A stretch of DNA of 54,499 bases, the filler included, from Sphacelaria rigidula (Eukaryota), in the NCBI GenBank assembly GCA_964200075.2. It is 5 parts of 5 records of this genome, joined end to end, with 100 filler letters (N's around TTAATTAATTAA, not from the genome) between each part and the next. Parts side by side here need not be neighbours in the genome. Positions count along the whole stretch, not along the records: positions 32,765 to 43,582 come from CAXNAA020005858.1; positions 43,683 to 54,499 come from CAXNAA020005859.1; 3 more parts are not named here. The stretch is one strand, 5' to 3'. The translations under genes and the position numbers were made by a program. The notes beneath the pieces are model-generated. The model searched no databases and was not told where the DNA came from. It saw only the letters and a program-made list of their open reading frames with translations. This document shows positions 38,301 to 51,228 of this stretch, one piece after another. Position 1 is the stretch's first letter, and every line of letters begins with the position of its first letter.

Positions 38301-40593
38301 TTTCCTCATTCTCACGGTCCTGAGATGTGGGGGAGGGGGGGGTGTACTCATGATCATGCATGCTATAGTCATGAGACCATTGACCTCGCATCCCTACAAA
38401 TCCAGGACGGAGCACGCCGGGTTTCCGCCCCACCAGGCTCGCACNNNNNNNNNNGCACTCCATCACCAAGCGCGAAGCGCCGTGGTGTGTTCGGCGAGTC
38501 GCATGAAGGTTGAGCTGCACCCTGCTCAGATTATTCGGCCTGAAGCCGACTGATTACCTTACGGTTGGATGGCAGCCTACAATGAGTTGCTTCATTATCT
38601 GGTATCGCCACTTCCAGAGACAGCCACAGCTCCGGGAGGGGAGGGAGACGCGTGATACACAACCTGCAGTGGATAGGACCCTTTGACAAAAAAATATACG
38701 AATGTGCATGTCCCAGTGCAGTACAGTGTCGTACAGTTGAGATACAAAGGAGAGCGCCATCACTAGGAAGTACGTGCTGCCGAAGCGCAACCGCGAACAT
38801 CCGGAGTAGCGCCTGCCTCCTGGTCGGATATCAATACGTCTACAGTCATGTTCGCGCCTGCTGTTCCACATCGATCGGATCAGTCACACGGCGAAGGAAT
38901 ATCCTCGCGCGGTTTTTTGGCATTTATCATACCACATCGTGGTCCCTTCGGGGGCTTGCTATCTTTCTCCTGTGTAATATTCCCCTCCCAAACATTTCAT
39001 TGTGAAGGAAATCACTTCACTGTGAAATTGCACACACCCGTAATTTTTCTTATTCTGAGAAAAAATAAGGGGGGCATAGCTGCGATACTCACCTGACAAT
39101 CAAGTCTACGCTCAAGTATTCAGCGCAATTTTTTACTGTGGTTGTTTTCAGGGCTCACCTCGGGTCTGAGAATGTTGTTGATGCGCGAAAAAACCACACC
39201 CCATACGAAAGGTTACATAATGAATAAATACATATGATGCGTGCAGTACAGGATCTATTGTCTGTTGCACTAGACGCAATCGTCGATACTGTACGCGACA
39301 CACTTTTTGACACTGTAAACCATTCTCACTCATTGTCCTGAGTATGAAAAAAAACGTCCGAAGAAGCACGCGCATGGTATGGTGTCGGGGGGAAACATGT
39401 GACAAAGTGTGGTCGATGGCGAAGTGGAATGTAAAACGCATATGTGGTGTTTTCTCCTCCAGCACACGGCCGAATTTGGTAATACATTGCTTCTATTTAT
39501 TCGAGACATCCTTGGACATCATCCTGGTCATGGGCCAAAACTCGTTCATTCTGACGCAACTCTGAGCAACTTACAAGACCCACGACCAAACGGTACACTC
39601 TTGCCGCCCACCGTAACTTCGCGAAAGTAAATGAAAGATCCCCCAACGAAAGGAAGCAAGTTTGCGTACTAGCTGAACTAGATCGCACGGACCGCGCTAA
39701 TATCCTTCGACCGCCGGAGGTGCCCACATGTGGAATGCACATAATTTGCACTTGAAAAAGGAGTGAAGAATGATGCCGATCTCAACGAATGGGACGCCTC
39801 CGGCGGTCAAAGGGTTGAATAGTATGCAGCCGAGTGCAATGCTCGTTTGCGGGAGCCTAGAGCTCGTCGCTCTCGTAAGCTTCAGGAGCAGGAAGGGACT
39901 GCTCGGATTTTTATGTAGAACGTGTTTCTTTGAGCACCAGCAGATATCAGCAGAATGGTCAACCGCACCTGCATCTTCGCGGTACACAGAGCTGTGTTCA
40001 TTGCCTGTACAGCTTTCTGTGTGTCCATGCGTGTTCAGACAGTACGGAACGACACGGCACGGCACTGCACGGTACGGTACGGTACGATACGATACGGTAC
40101 GGTACTTTTTTTGTTTTTGTTTCCCCTTGACTGGAGAAGAAAGCCTGAACCAACACTCACCCCGCAAGCGAGTTCGTGTGCCGATTGCTCGGAGGCTCGG
40201 CCAGACTGACTGCCTCACGGCAGTCATGTGGGGTAGGCCCTCGAACGTTCGCAACCTTTGCTCAAGGCAGTGGGAGGGTTCAACCCACTAAAACCCCCCA
40301 TCAACTGGGCGCAGTGGACGCGCCGCTCTACCCTCATCAGCTTCGGCCATACTACGGTACTGTGCGGCGGTACCAAATTGGAAAATGACGACGGTACGCA
40401 TTTTGCAGTTTTGGAGGAGTGAACCAACGCTCCCCATCCTCTTTGGTTTTGTCGACCGTGTGGGGCAGCGATTCTCAGCACGAGTCAGGTATTGTACGGA
40501 AGCTGAACTCGCAGACTTCTCCGTTGATGATATACCCGTACAATGGGTTAATTCATTCTTCGCGTAGAAAAACGCGCGTGAATTCCATTTTTT

Positions 40594-40947
40594 CAAGGGT
40601 AGGTCGAGTAGAGTATACTCCATACTCAGTATTTTTTAAGTGTCATACTTTTAGTACTCATAGTTTGAGTAGAGTATTTGAGGTTGTACTCAACCTCCTC
40701 AATTATTCGAGTAGAGTATTTGAGATCATACTCAATCTACTCGAAATTTGAATAGAGTATTGAGGTCATACTCAAGTTATACTCTATACTCAAGTATTAC
40801 TTAGAGTGCTTACTCAATATTTGAGTAGAGTATTGAGGTCATACTCAAGTGATACTCTATACTCGAGTAAAACTAAGAGTGCTTACTAAATACTTGAGTA
40901 TTTTACTCGAGTACTCGAAAGTAGATACTCTACTCGACCTACCCTTG
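40594..40947. mobile_element. hAT-type MITE
   Basis: Perfect 23-bp TIR CAAGGGTAGGTCGAGTAGAGTAT; perfect 8-bp TSD CATTTTTT (40586-40593, 40948-40955); interior made of TACTC/GAGTA motifs. Confidence 0.92.
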
Positions 40948-43582
40948 CATTTTTTCCATTCCTCTCAAGAAACTAGTATGTTTTTGAGCCGTTCTCACTT
41001 TCTCACCAACGTGAGGTTCTGCGGTGGATTGGAAAGCCCTTGCCGAGAGCTTTACCTCGATATATAAGTGTTCACTTGGTGGGCGCTCCCCCACCGAAAT
41101 ACAAGTTACACGGGGCCTAGACCCACTTCACGCGTTTTTTTCCGCAGCGGTAGGTGCTTTTGCTGCCCATCGCTTCCAGAGAAATTGACTTTTTTTTGTT
41201 TTTGTTTGTGGCGGAAATATTGAAGTCATTTTTTTCGCACGCCTCCGATCAAGCACGCTGTCGCTTATCTGTGCAGAGTGTACATACACGAACGACAGCT
41301 CCAGCACAAGACAAGATACTGGTTTATTATTAGTAGTACAATAGTATTACTTCCACACATTAAATGCATTGTTAAGTAAACGACCGTGACATAGTATAGT
41401 ACTGTCTGTGCGATACATGCGGTATAGCTGCATAGACCGAGCAGTGTACGGCAGGTGCGAGCAAGTACGGAAATGTGCAGCACAGATGGTGCACAGCTAT
41501 AACCAACGACAGTATAGCGACCGCTGCCTTGTACCCCACAGGGACGGTGATGGCAACTGTCACAGTATCGCTCGGGCGGGAGCTCCCATCTTGATGTAAA
41601 ATCCGCCGAACAGTTTCCACAATCATGGAGAAGTGGCTTCAAAAATAAATGAATAAATAACCCCTTCGACCGCGAGGGTAGGTGTCTGTTGAGTCGGCAC
41701 CACAGCCACTTGGAATTTTTTTCCCTGACCCAGATGACCTGGCCTAGCGGCCGAAGAGTTTTGAGGAAACTTGCCGAGAAAGTTCGCTGCCCTGACATTT
41801 TCCGCGACTCTTGGTTGGGATCGTGAAAAGCGGCCGTACACGAATCAGTGTGAACACCTGGAGGAGTGACCGTCGCCCGTAGTATACTTCCCGCAGCACG
41901 GCACACGAGGCATATTTTTCATTATGCCCTGGAACCTCGTTGTTCGTTTTCTCCGTTCATGAAATCAGATATGATTACTCTCACCTGTCTGCTGTATCTG
42001 CCCCCCGAATCCCCTAGCTATTTTATCATTGCACAGACGTGAACCCGATACGAGCACGTTTCTCTGGCTTGTTTGCCGCTATTTCTTGCAAGCTATCTCG
42101 AGATTGTACCTCCGACAAATTTCCTGGAGTTTCTCAATCGCGTATCCCGCCATGACACACCTGGACCTCCCACTTTGTCATGATCGGGGCAGGTGGCGAG
42201 ATGGCTTCCCGCGATCCTTTCAAAGATTAATCTTTGCACTGAGTATACTGTACTAGCTCAAAATCTCACGCAACATCTCGAATGTTGTCTCAGCACTGCT
42301 GTTGACCTTTTTAACGCGCGGGGCCCGAGTAGGACGCTCAACGAACAGACCCTTACGGGTAGGGGGCGGGGGGGGGGCGGATTTCTTGTTCTTACGCATA
42401 GACAAGGCATACCTGAAGGCCGTTGCCGTCAGGACAAGAGCAAAATTATCGCGACCACAACCGTTAACGTATATCGTCAACACATAGCACACACAGCTGT
42501 CACTAAGCAGCTGAATGGCGTGTGGCGTCTGTATTTCGTAAGGGAAGTTCGTCGTGTGGGCGGTGCATGATGTTGTCGTGGGGTGATGATGTCTTCTTTG
42601 TATCTGATGGGGTTGGGTACTGGCGCAGCCAGCAAGGATCCGGTATACTGGCTTGCGGCGAAGCCGCGTGGTCGTGACGCAGCCGCAACCAGCGACCTCC
42701 CCCCCCCCGGTTGGTGAGGAGGCTCCGCCGGGGAGGCGCCCCAGGAGGGCCCCGCTGGACGCGCTTTTTTACACGATTTGGCTTCACTCGAGCCCAAAAA
42801 CTGAGTTAATTTTGACCAACCCAAGAGGCACTATTTCGGAAGACAACGTCTAGCGCAACGCCCAAATGTATTGATTTCAACTCGGGAAAAATGTGAGAAT
42901 AGAAGGTAATAAATTTGCCACAAATGTTGCGATGCTCATCTCTTCCAGCATCGAGGTGAGGCCTACACACCATTTGTTGCAATTTGAGTGTATGGTGCGT
43001 CTATAGTCTGGACAAGTACAGAGTACGTCGAACCTCCGACTAGAAGATGGAGAGAGTAGGTCCATAGTAGCCCTTGACGCCACGAGGCGTGAGCACCCCT
43101 CATTATTGATCAAAGGACAGTATCTCACACAAAAAACAAAACGAAAGACACAGCAGCCCTGAACGTGTATCAACGCCGCATCTGCTGACGCAGCAGGCTC
43201 CGCGGTACCACCACCGCCGGGGTCTGCTGCCGGCGGGCTGCCAGATGTGAAAAATCTTTGAATTGTTCTAATGGTATCCTGCTGTGTGAGGTGTGAGGTG
43301 TGTATGGTGTGCTCGTCTTTGAGGCGGCGTGGCGGCGTAATTTGAATCGGTTTCCGCTGGTTTTCGAGGCGTATTGTGGGACGTACGTGAATTGTGTATG
43401 CACTGGCGGTACTGGCTGCCCTTTGCCAGTTCCGAAGAACTGGCAGTACGTACTGGTTCAGTACGCAACCCCAGAATCCGAGCTTTGAGAAAATTCCCCC
43501 CTACTCCCCCCCCACCCCCCCCCCCCCCCCCCCCCCCACGGCCACCCGCCCCCACAACAACACCCACTTCCTGCAGCTACAC

Positions 43583-43682
43583 NNNNNNNNNNNNNNNNNN
43601 NNNNNNNNNNNNNNNNNNNNNNNNNNTTAATTAATTAANNNNNNNNNNNNNNNNNNNNNNNNNNNNNNNNNNNNNNNNNNNN
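43583..43682. other. Assembly gap with linker
   Basis: N block with TTAATTAATTAA, preceded by a poly-C tract. Confidence 0.97.
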
Positions 43683-43949
43683 GGTTATAGGCGGGGATCA
43701 CCCAGCCTGCTGTGTCCCGGTTCATAGTCGAGGTGTTGGCGGATGCGGTGAGCTGCCGTGGGCAGAGATCCTTGGCACGGAGATGGCTGAGATGGCGGAC
43801 ACACCGCCCCCCTCAAGCTCATCTTCAGATAGATCACTTACCATGACTACGTTGATAATCTCATGTTCCGTGTCGTGTGCCTCGAGTACCTCCCACTAGT
43901 CTGGGCAAGTTTGGTGAGGCGTGGGATGATAATGTTGCTCCTTTGACGA

Positions 43950-44134
43950 CAGGCTGTCGCTACCGTGCGCTCGTGTGCATACACACACATGTGTGAGTTT
44001 GTGAACGTACCCGGCATCCGAGGTCATCGGAACAGAGCGAGCAAGGAGCAAAATCAAATGTACGAACCTCGCGAAGCTCATCAGACTCTCCAGTTTTTGT
44101 CAGTGTTTTTTAATCAATTTCTCGCAACAATAGT
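43950..44134. repeat. Dispersed repeat, copy 2 (see 3377-3549)
   Basis: Direct similarity to 3377-3549. Confidence 0.8.
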
Positions 44135-45513
44135 TAACGAAGAAATAAAGATTCATACGTAGGTCAGGCAAAGTAATGGTCGAGATGAGCTTTGTTTACA
44201 TCCTTGAGTTCCAAAAAGGGTTAAACTGTGCCAGAAAAACCCATGCTTGAGTGGAAAGCTTTAGTGAAGTAATCGGGTGATGCTATCACTTGTGGACGAG
44301 CATGTTTGACAAAAATGCTCGTTAGGGTATAGACTACGCTGTGCGTAAGTTGAAAGATAGGATAAGTTTGTCAAAACGAGGCTCACCTGCGAGACAGGGC
44401 GTAGTAGAGTCCAGTCCAGTACTACTGTACAGTACAGCAGAATATCTCAACACTGGCACCTGACAGTGGTCGCAGTAGTATGCTGTATCAAATGCAGTCA
44501 TTCGTCGAGGATTGTGCTGACGGCGCGTGTCCTCGCGCCCGCTTTTGTTGCCGCTATAGCTTTAGTTGGAGCAGAAATGAATGAGTCGCGATTTCAACAT
44601 TAGTGATGCGTTGATGGTGATAACGCAGCGTTGGACAACGTTTGAGTTGTTGCGTTGCTGCTGCTCCTAGGATCAGATCTATTGTACCATACTACCCCCC
44701 AAAAGGTCGCGCGTTGTACCAGTGCACAGCATGTTTCGGCAAGCTGCACAGCGACGTAACCAAGATCATCATGGTAGGCTAGCTGTGACTATCGCTGCTT
44801 TGCACTATCGACACACCAATAGACTGGCCTAAACTTGAATGTCGTACTTCTAACAAAACTGCACCCGCAACTGTGGTGGGAGATCAGCTCACAGGACGCG
44901 GGACTGTCAGATGCGGCGAGTTATTGGTAAAAAAAAGAGACAGCCCGTTCTGGAGAACAGAGGCCGGCTCTTTCCGCTTCCCGCGGACTGGTACGGGAAC
45001 GATGTCTTGCATCTCCTGGGGTCTTTGCCAGCGGGCTACTGTCGGTGTTCTCTCCAGCAACGGAGTTGAGTTCTGCATTCAAGCTAGTATACCGTCAGCA
45101 CGGTTCATACAGCCTGAGCTAGCTAGCTCGCTTGCAGGAACTTTTTTACAGCCGAGTGAGACAAATGCACCCAGGGTGCATACCTGCAGCTGCCGAGGTT
45201 TTTCGGGCTTGATGAACCAGGCGCCGAGCAAAAAGCGCGCTTCTGATATCCTGGGACATTCTGATACTGAGCACCGAAACGCACGCAGCGTCGGGCGCTT
45301 GAGTGGTAGCAGTAGCAGCAGTCGTGGTGGAGTCATCCTACGATAGGGGGGGGTATTTGGTTGCACAAAAAAAGAGGCTCATAAGTGTGTCAGGCATCCT
45401 TCCACNNNNNNNNNNTTGGTGGTCGTCACCCCCTCCGCCTGTGACGGCGGCGCCCAGCCTACAGTTTACCAGACAGACCACGCGCGAACCTCCCCCCCCC
45501 CCCCTATCGTAGG

Positions 45514-47225
45514 ATGACTCGTGGCAGCATGGGTTGGAATCCTCTCAGAGACCACTCAGACGTGCTTCGAAACTTGACCCTTTTCACCACTGAGGAGGGC
45601 TACCTGTTCATCGCCGGGGTTTCCAAGCACTGGAAGACAGCCTGGGGCGACCGACCTAAGAAGACTCGCCTGGACATTGCGGTACAGTCGGTGTCATGCT
45701 TGTCGTGGTCGAAGGACAGCGGGTGTCGCTGAGACGTGACTATATGCGAGCGGGCGGCCTTGCGAGGCAGTTTAGAGACCCTGCGGTACGCTCGAAGCCG
45801 CAGTTGTCCTTGGGATGTAAAGACATGTGCTGGAGCTGCTGAGCGGGGGCATCTCGAGGTGCTCAAGTGGTGCAGAGAGAACGGCTGTCCCTGGGATAGG
45901 GACACATGTGCTGGGGCTGCCGAGGGGGGTCATCTCGACGTGCTCAAGTGGTGCAGAACCAACGGTTGCCCCTGGAATGCCATGGCACTTGCTAGAGCTG
46001 CTGAGGGGGGACATCTCGAGGTGCTGAGGTGGTGCAGAGACAACGGCTGCGCCTGGGTGCGTATGTCGACATGTTATTGGGCTGCCAAGGGGGACATCTC
46101 GAGGTGATCAAGTGGTGCAGAGCCAACGGCTGTCTCTAGGATAGGAGGACATGTGCTGGTGCTTCGGTTGGGGGACATCTAAATGTGCTCAAGCGGATAT
46201 GTAACGGGGCTGCCGAGGGGGGACACCTCCAGGTGCTCAAGTGGTGCAGAGACAATGGTTTCCCGTGGGATAGATGGACATGTGCTGGGGCTGCCAAGGG
46301 GGGGCATCTCGAGGTGCTCCAGTGGTGCAGAGCTAACGGTTGTCCCTGGGATGGGTTCACATGTTCTGGCGCTGCTTGGCGAGGGAATCTCGAGGTACTC
46401 AGGTGGTGTAGAGCCAACGGCTGTTTCTGGGATTCTAATACGTGTGCTAAAGCTGCTGGAGGGGGGCATCTCGAGGTGCTCAAGTGGTGTAGAGCCAACG
46501 GCTGTCCCTGGAATGGGGAGACATATAATGACGCTGTAAGCGGAGGGCACTTAGAGGTGCTTAAGTGGTGCAGAGCCAACGGCTGTCCCTGGGATGTGTC
46601 GATATGGGGCACAGCTGCTCTCTGTGGACGTCTCGAGATTCTCAAGTGGTGCAGAGCCAACGGCTTCCCCTGGAATCCGATGATAATTCGTCGCGCTGTT
46701 GAGGGGGGGCTTCTCGAGATTCTCAAGTGGTGCAGAGCCAACGGCTGTCCCTGGAATGAGGAGACATGTGCTAGGGCTGCTGGGAGAGGGCATCTCGAGA
46801 TTCTCAAGTGGTGCAGAGCCAATGGCTGCCCATAGGATGAGAACACATGTGCCAGCGCTACTCAGGGAGGGATCTAGAGGTGCTCAAGTGGTGCAGAGCC
46901 AACGGCTGTCCCTGGGACGAGGCAACATTTACCAGGGCTGCCTGGAGTTCAAACGTGCTATAGTGGTGCAGAGCCAACGGCTGTCCCTAAGATGAAGACA
47001 TTGGTTCTACAGCGTTCCCGGGGGGGGATATCCACAGGCGTTCAAGGGTTGCACAGCCATCGGCGGTCCGTTTGACGAGAATGCATGCGAAGAGCCCGCT
47101 CGGACCGAGCACCTCCAGATGCTGTAGTGGTCGAGGGCCAACGGTTGTCCGTCGACGAAGAGCGTGTGCGAAGACACCAGGACGACCAGGGACATACACT
47201 GGGGTATGACCAACGGATGTCCTAA
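45514..47225 (+). pseudogene. Intronless CPW-type ankyrin-like repeat protein pseudogene (~19-20 repeats of 81 bp / 27 aa) with a degenerate F-box-like leader
   Basis: Leader ...YLFIAGVSKHWKTAWG... followed by repeats GCPWDxxTCAxAAxGGHLEVLKWCRAN at 81-bp period. In-frame stops at 45730, 46137, 46833 and 46988, frameshifts near 46090 and 46870, and an internal deletion near 46195. Confidence 0.9.
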
Positions 47226-48332
47226 TAGGCGTGCAAGACCGCACGGGAAACAAACCTAGGTACGCTCTGGTAGCCAGGAATGTACATTGAGGCGCATATT
47301 ACAGCGTTCCACGCATTCTTTAGGCTGCCAGAATGTGTACAAGGTATTGGTACATTACGAGCACATTGGAGAATCCCACCGCGAGACTCTGGTGCGTTGT
47401 GTACGTGGGAAACTCGGGCAAAACGTGCAACGGTACAAAATCTACCTCGACAGACCTCGAGATAAGCCTCTGGCTACCAATCAGTGCACATTTGTACAGT
47501 TCAACGCTGGCAGAGTACATGGACGCAGGCAGCTGCTACGTAGGGCAGCGTAGGGTAGACATGGCACCTGACGACGTCATCGCGTTCTCTCTACAAGGGT
47601 GGCCACAGGGGTACCTGGCGAAAATTGCAAGACGACTTCTTACCTCTGCCATGCTCAATGCAACCCCAATCTACGGTACGGTGCATTCGGCAGATCCTGT
47701 GATAGTATTTTTCCATGGGTGGCTTTGGTTGGATTCAGGCGTCTGCGTTCCCTTTTCGCGAGTTTGTAAATCCGAGGATTGTGAATCTTGACTTCGAATG
47801 TGTTGTGCTCGACTTTCCGTCTGGTGTACTGTTTCGGTGACACATATTCCAAAATATTGCGACAATGCGTGGGTGGGAAAATGTGTAAGTGTGACCTCGC
47901 TTCCCGATTGCCGTGTGAGATGAGAGTGCGAGTTTGAGCGTAATTGACACGTTTCAATATTGAATTTACCTCCAGTAGTTCGCCTTCTCAACCTTGATTG
48001 ACAACAAATTAGAACCAAGCTATATGGGGTAGGTCTGGCCATGTGTGTACGGCCGTCGCCCCGCCAGTTTTTTGCTATGCTCTAGTTCCGAATTTACCGT
48101 CTTTTTCCTGACAGACAGCTCCTTTGGAATCATCTTGACGGAAGAACAGCGACGACCCCGGGATTAGTACCCTGCGCGGGGAGTGCATAGGGTGGGTCAA
48201 AGTAACCCCCCGATCTGCAGCTTTTCCGAAATCCGTGCAGAGTCATCCTGCACGCTCCTTCTTAGATCACGGGTGGGTGTCATAGCAGGCAGTAATTTCC
48301 ATGTGATAAAAATTGTTTTCCTTTTGCGGCAC

Positions 48333-49466
48333 TTGATTGATTGATTGATCGATTGATTGTCGCACTTCAACTGATCCCCCAGGGGTCCACCCGTGGTCTC
48401 ATGATAGCCGTACCCAAGAAAAACGAAAGTAAAACACGCTCTGAGAAAAAAAAAGAGGAAAAAACAAAAAAGAGGGGGCGAACAGAACGACATAGCAGAC
48501 TAAGTCGTGGCAAAAAAAAACGTAGTCAAAAAGCCAACACAAGCAAAGCACAGAAAGAAATGGCCGACCTGAAACAAGAAAAAAGGAAAAGAAGAGGAAA
48601 GTACAAATCATATGAAATAAAGAACAATGAAACGGTGGGGGAAAAAAAAGGAAAGTGCCCAAGGGATTCAGGGCAGCAGAGTAGATACAGACACACACCA
48701 GTGGGTACCGCAGTGCCACCGACAAAGGACAAAATAAATAACCGATATGAGCGGACAGGATTTTCTGTTTGGCAGCCCTCGACGCAGCAGCCTCTCGCTT
48801 GTGACGGCGGTCCGATTATCGCTTGTCCGCGCGTCGCCACGTGTCCTCGAACCTTTCCGCTCCCTTTTCGACTCCAATATGCCATTTGCCCAGATCCTTT
48901 GCCGCAGTCACCCAATTGTATGCATCGTTAACCTCTACATTGTAGACGAACCACTTTCATCGGGTTCCTTTGTGCGGGGCAGCCCCCAGCGCACGTAGGT
49001 TCTCCTATAGGGTATCCTCCCATTGCTTGTGAGGGGGGGCGACCTCCTTGGGTCCTCGCGTGGAAAGCCGACCGTTCATGACACGCTTGGGAAGGCGTGT
49101 ATCCTTCTGCCGGACAAGGGCTCTCGTGAACCAGAGTTGTCGTTTGCGGATACTCGTCTCGATACGTTCGCAGTTGATCATCTCGAGCACCGCTGAGTAC
49201 GAAAAGGTTTTGTAGCCACTGCGATCGTTCCTGCGGAATGCAACCACTCGTAGCAAGAGCTTGTGATGGGCAGTGCGCAGACTGTCGAAGTCCTCAAAAC
49301 GTAGCGTCCATGTTGTACACCCATACAACAGAGCTTCCACCACCTCCGCTTGAAGTAGTCGAGCTTTCAAAGATAGCTCGGCGTTGGGTCGGTCGTAGAG
49401 TTGGGAGCTGTATGCACTTGCACAGTACAATGCAGTATCAATCTGACGTCCCAATTTCGTGACATC
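48333..49466 (-). mobile_element. 5'-truncated RTE-like non-LTR retrotransposon (3' end)
   Basis: LYDRPNAELSLKARLLQAEVVEALLYGCTTWTL...LLRV...IRKRQLWF...VRQKDTRLPKRVMNG...KQWED is the typical RTE post-RT region (LLYGCETW, RLPK). It is followed by a pyrimidine-rich 3' region and a (CAAT)n tail at 48333-48359. Confidence 0.9.
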
Positions 49467-51009
49467 GCGTGTACGTGCTGTGCGTAAGCCTCCGGCACAC
49501 GCCGAGCGGATGCCAATCCTTGCCCGAGAGGTCCGTGCAGAAGCGAAATATACGTATCCCGTGTCAACCGCTTGGCGTGCGAATATTTTGTGCATCTGCG
49601 GGACTCGATGAAGTCTCCGTGAAAAGTACTCCGCGGCACACCAACGCCTACTGCGCAACCCAACGGCCGATACAAACAATATACATACCCGACGCCCAAT
49701 AATTTCGCGTACGTGTCAGACTCAAGGCTGAAGTCTCCGACAAACGTCCAACAATGCGGACAACAAAAACACGAGTCTTGCGGAGAGTGCATACACGACC
49801 GTCCACGTCAATGTCCTGCGACGAAGGTCCCGCCAATGAACCCAGCTACACACCTATCGAACACGGCACAACATGATGAGTACTGTAGACAACGATCGCC
49901 TACGGATGAACCACGCTATGAGTCCGAATTATCCGTACAAAATTTTAATAGAATGACAAAATATACGAATCATTTGAATGTACACGAGCACAAAAGTCCG
50001 GTGCATACCTCAGTGGGTTTTGCATCCCCAGTACTATTCCCGTCCTTCCCGAGCAACCTTCAACTTATGCAATGTTCCCTACGCCCTCCCCATCCCCGAA
50101 AAGATCTACGCTAGATGGTGGACTCTGGCCGGCACGTCCACGGTCGTTACAGAGTAAGATATATATCATTTCGCGTTGACAGACGCTGTGTTGAAAAACA
50201 CAGTCAATGGCCTGCATTTGGCGGCTACAGTATACACAAATTTAGCCTTCTAGCGCTCAGCACCTTGAGGAAACATCACGCCTTATACCAACGACGCAAA
50301 CCCATCGTAATTGGACGGTTGACTTCGGACAGGCGAGTGAGGCACTTAACAACTGGGGTGTTTTTGCTTGCTTCCAGGGGACTGGTATGCTCAAGTGTCG
50401 TAGCCCTCCCCTCTCCCCGCCCCACTGTTGGGGGGAAAAATCATGTATCTTTCAAAACTGTATTCCAGTTTCTACACCTTGGACATTGCCAACACAAATA
50501 TTACGGCACCGTCAGCTAGACACAGCAGTGGGTACCGCCGTTCTGGCGATAACTACAAGCACCGCCAGCATGTATACACGGGCGACACCGCCCTGCATCC
50601 CTGCACCAGCTCTTTCTCAGGGAAGTGAATAATGCCTTGGTACAACTGCGATATGGTGAAATGGAACTGTGAAATGCGTAGCCTACTCGCTTGCTCACCA
50701 CACCAGGCTGTATTTGGTCGATGTTTGACATTGTCGGCGGTGGTGCCTGAACACCTACATGCTACGAGCTCCGTCGCGTGCTCAGTGAATTCATCGACAA
50801 AACTCGCGACGCAAACGCACATTTGAACGGTCATGGAGACTATACGATACTAACACGAGACTGTGTCACGCTTGTTTGTGTACCGCGGAAAAAGAGGGTC
50901 AGATCGACCTTGAATATAAGTTTGGAGTGGTAAAGAAGAAGAAAAGGTAGAAGAGTCAGGGCAACACGAAGAACTGTATCCCGCACACATATCTACCCCC
51001 GCCCCCCAC

Positions 51010-51228
51010 GCTGCGTATGATGTTGTGGGGATATCAGATACGTCAGAAGGAGTGCATAAGTAAATAGAGGAGGCGCTAGAATACTCTCGAGAATGAAGAG
51101 TCAACGCAAACAAACGCGCGGTACTTGTATGCGGCGATGATAAGGAAAACCTGGTAGAGGTCAACTGGAAGTGGTGGGAAGAGGAACCGCCGATCGTAGA
51201 GCAATATACATACTTTGGCGTGGATATA
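51010..51228 (+). mobile_element. LINE reverse-transcriptase fragment, left part
   Basis: Frame from 51001 reads AAYDVVGISDTSEGVHK*IEEALEYSRE*RVNANKRAVLVC...WKWWEEEPPIVEQYTYFGVDI: a decayed ADD motif through the YxYLGV motif; ends in (TA)n. Confidence 0.8.

Noticed and set aside
10823..43682. Recurrent TTAATTAATTAA palindromes flanked by Ns at ~11-kb spacing
   Set aside because: Identical 100-bp design at every gap; an artificial scaffolding linker, not biology.
46136..46846. 236-aa minus-strand repeat ORF
   Set aside because: Antisense shadow of the ankyrin-like array.
45721..47225. Repeat-plus-variable-spacer pattern resembling a CRISPR array
   Set aside because: The period is 81 bp with codon structure, the variable parts are homologous to each other, and there are no cas genes; it is a protein tandem repeat in a eukaryote.
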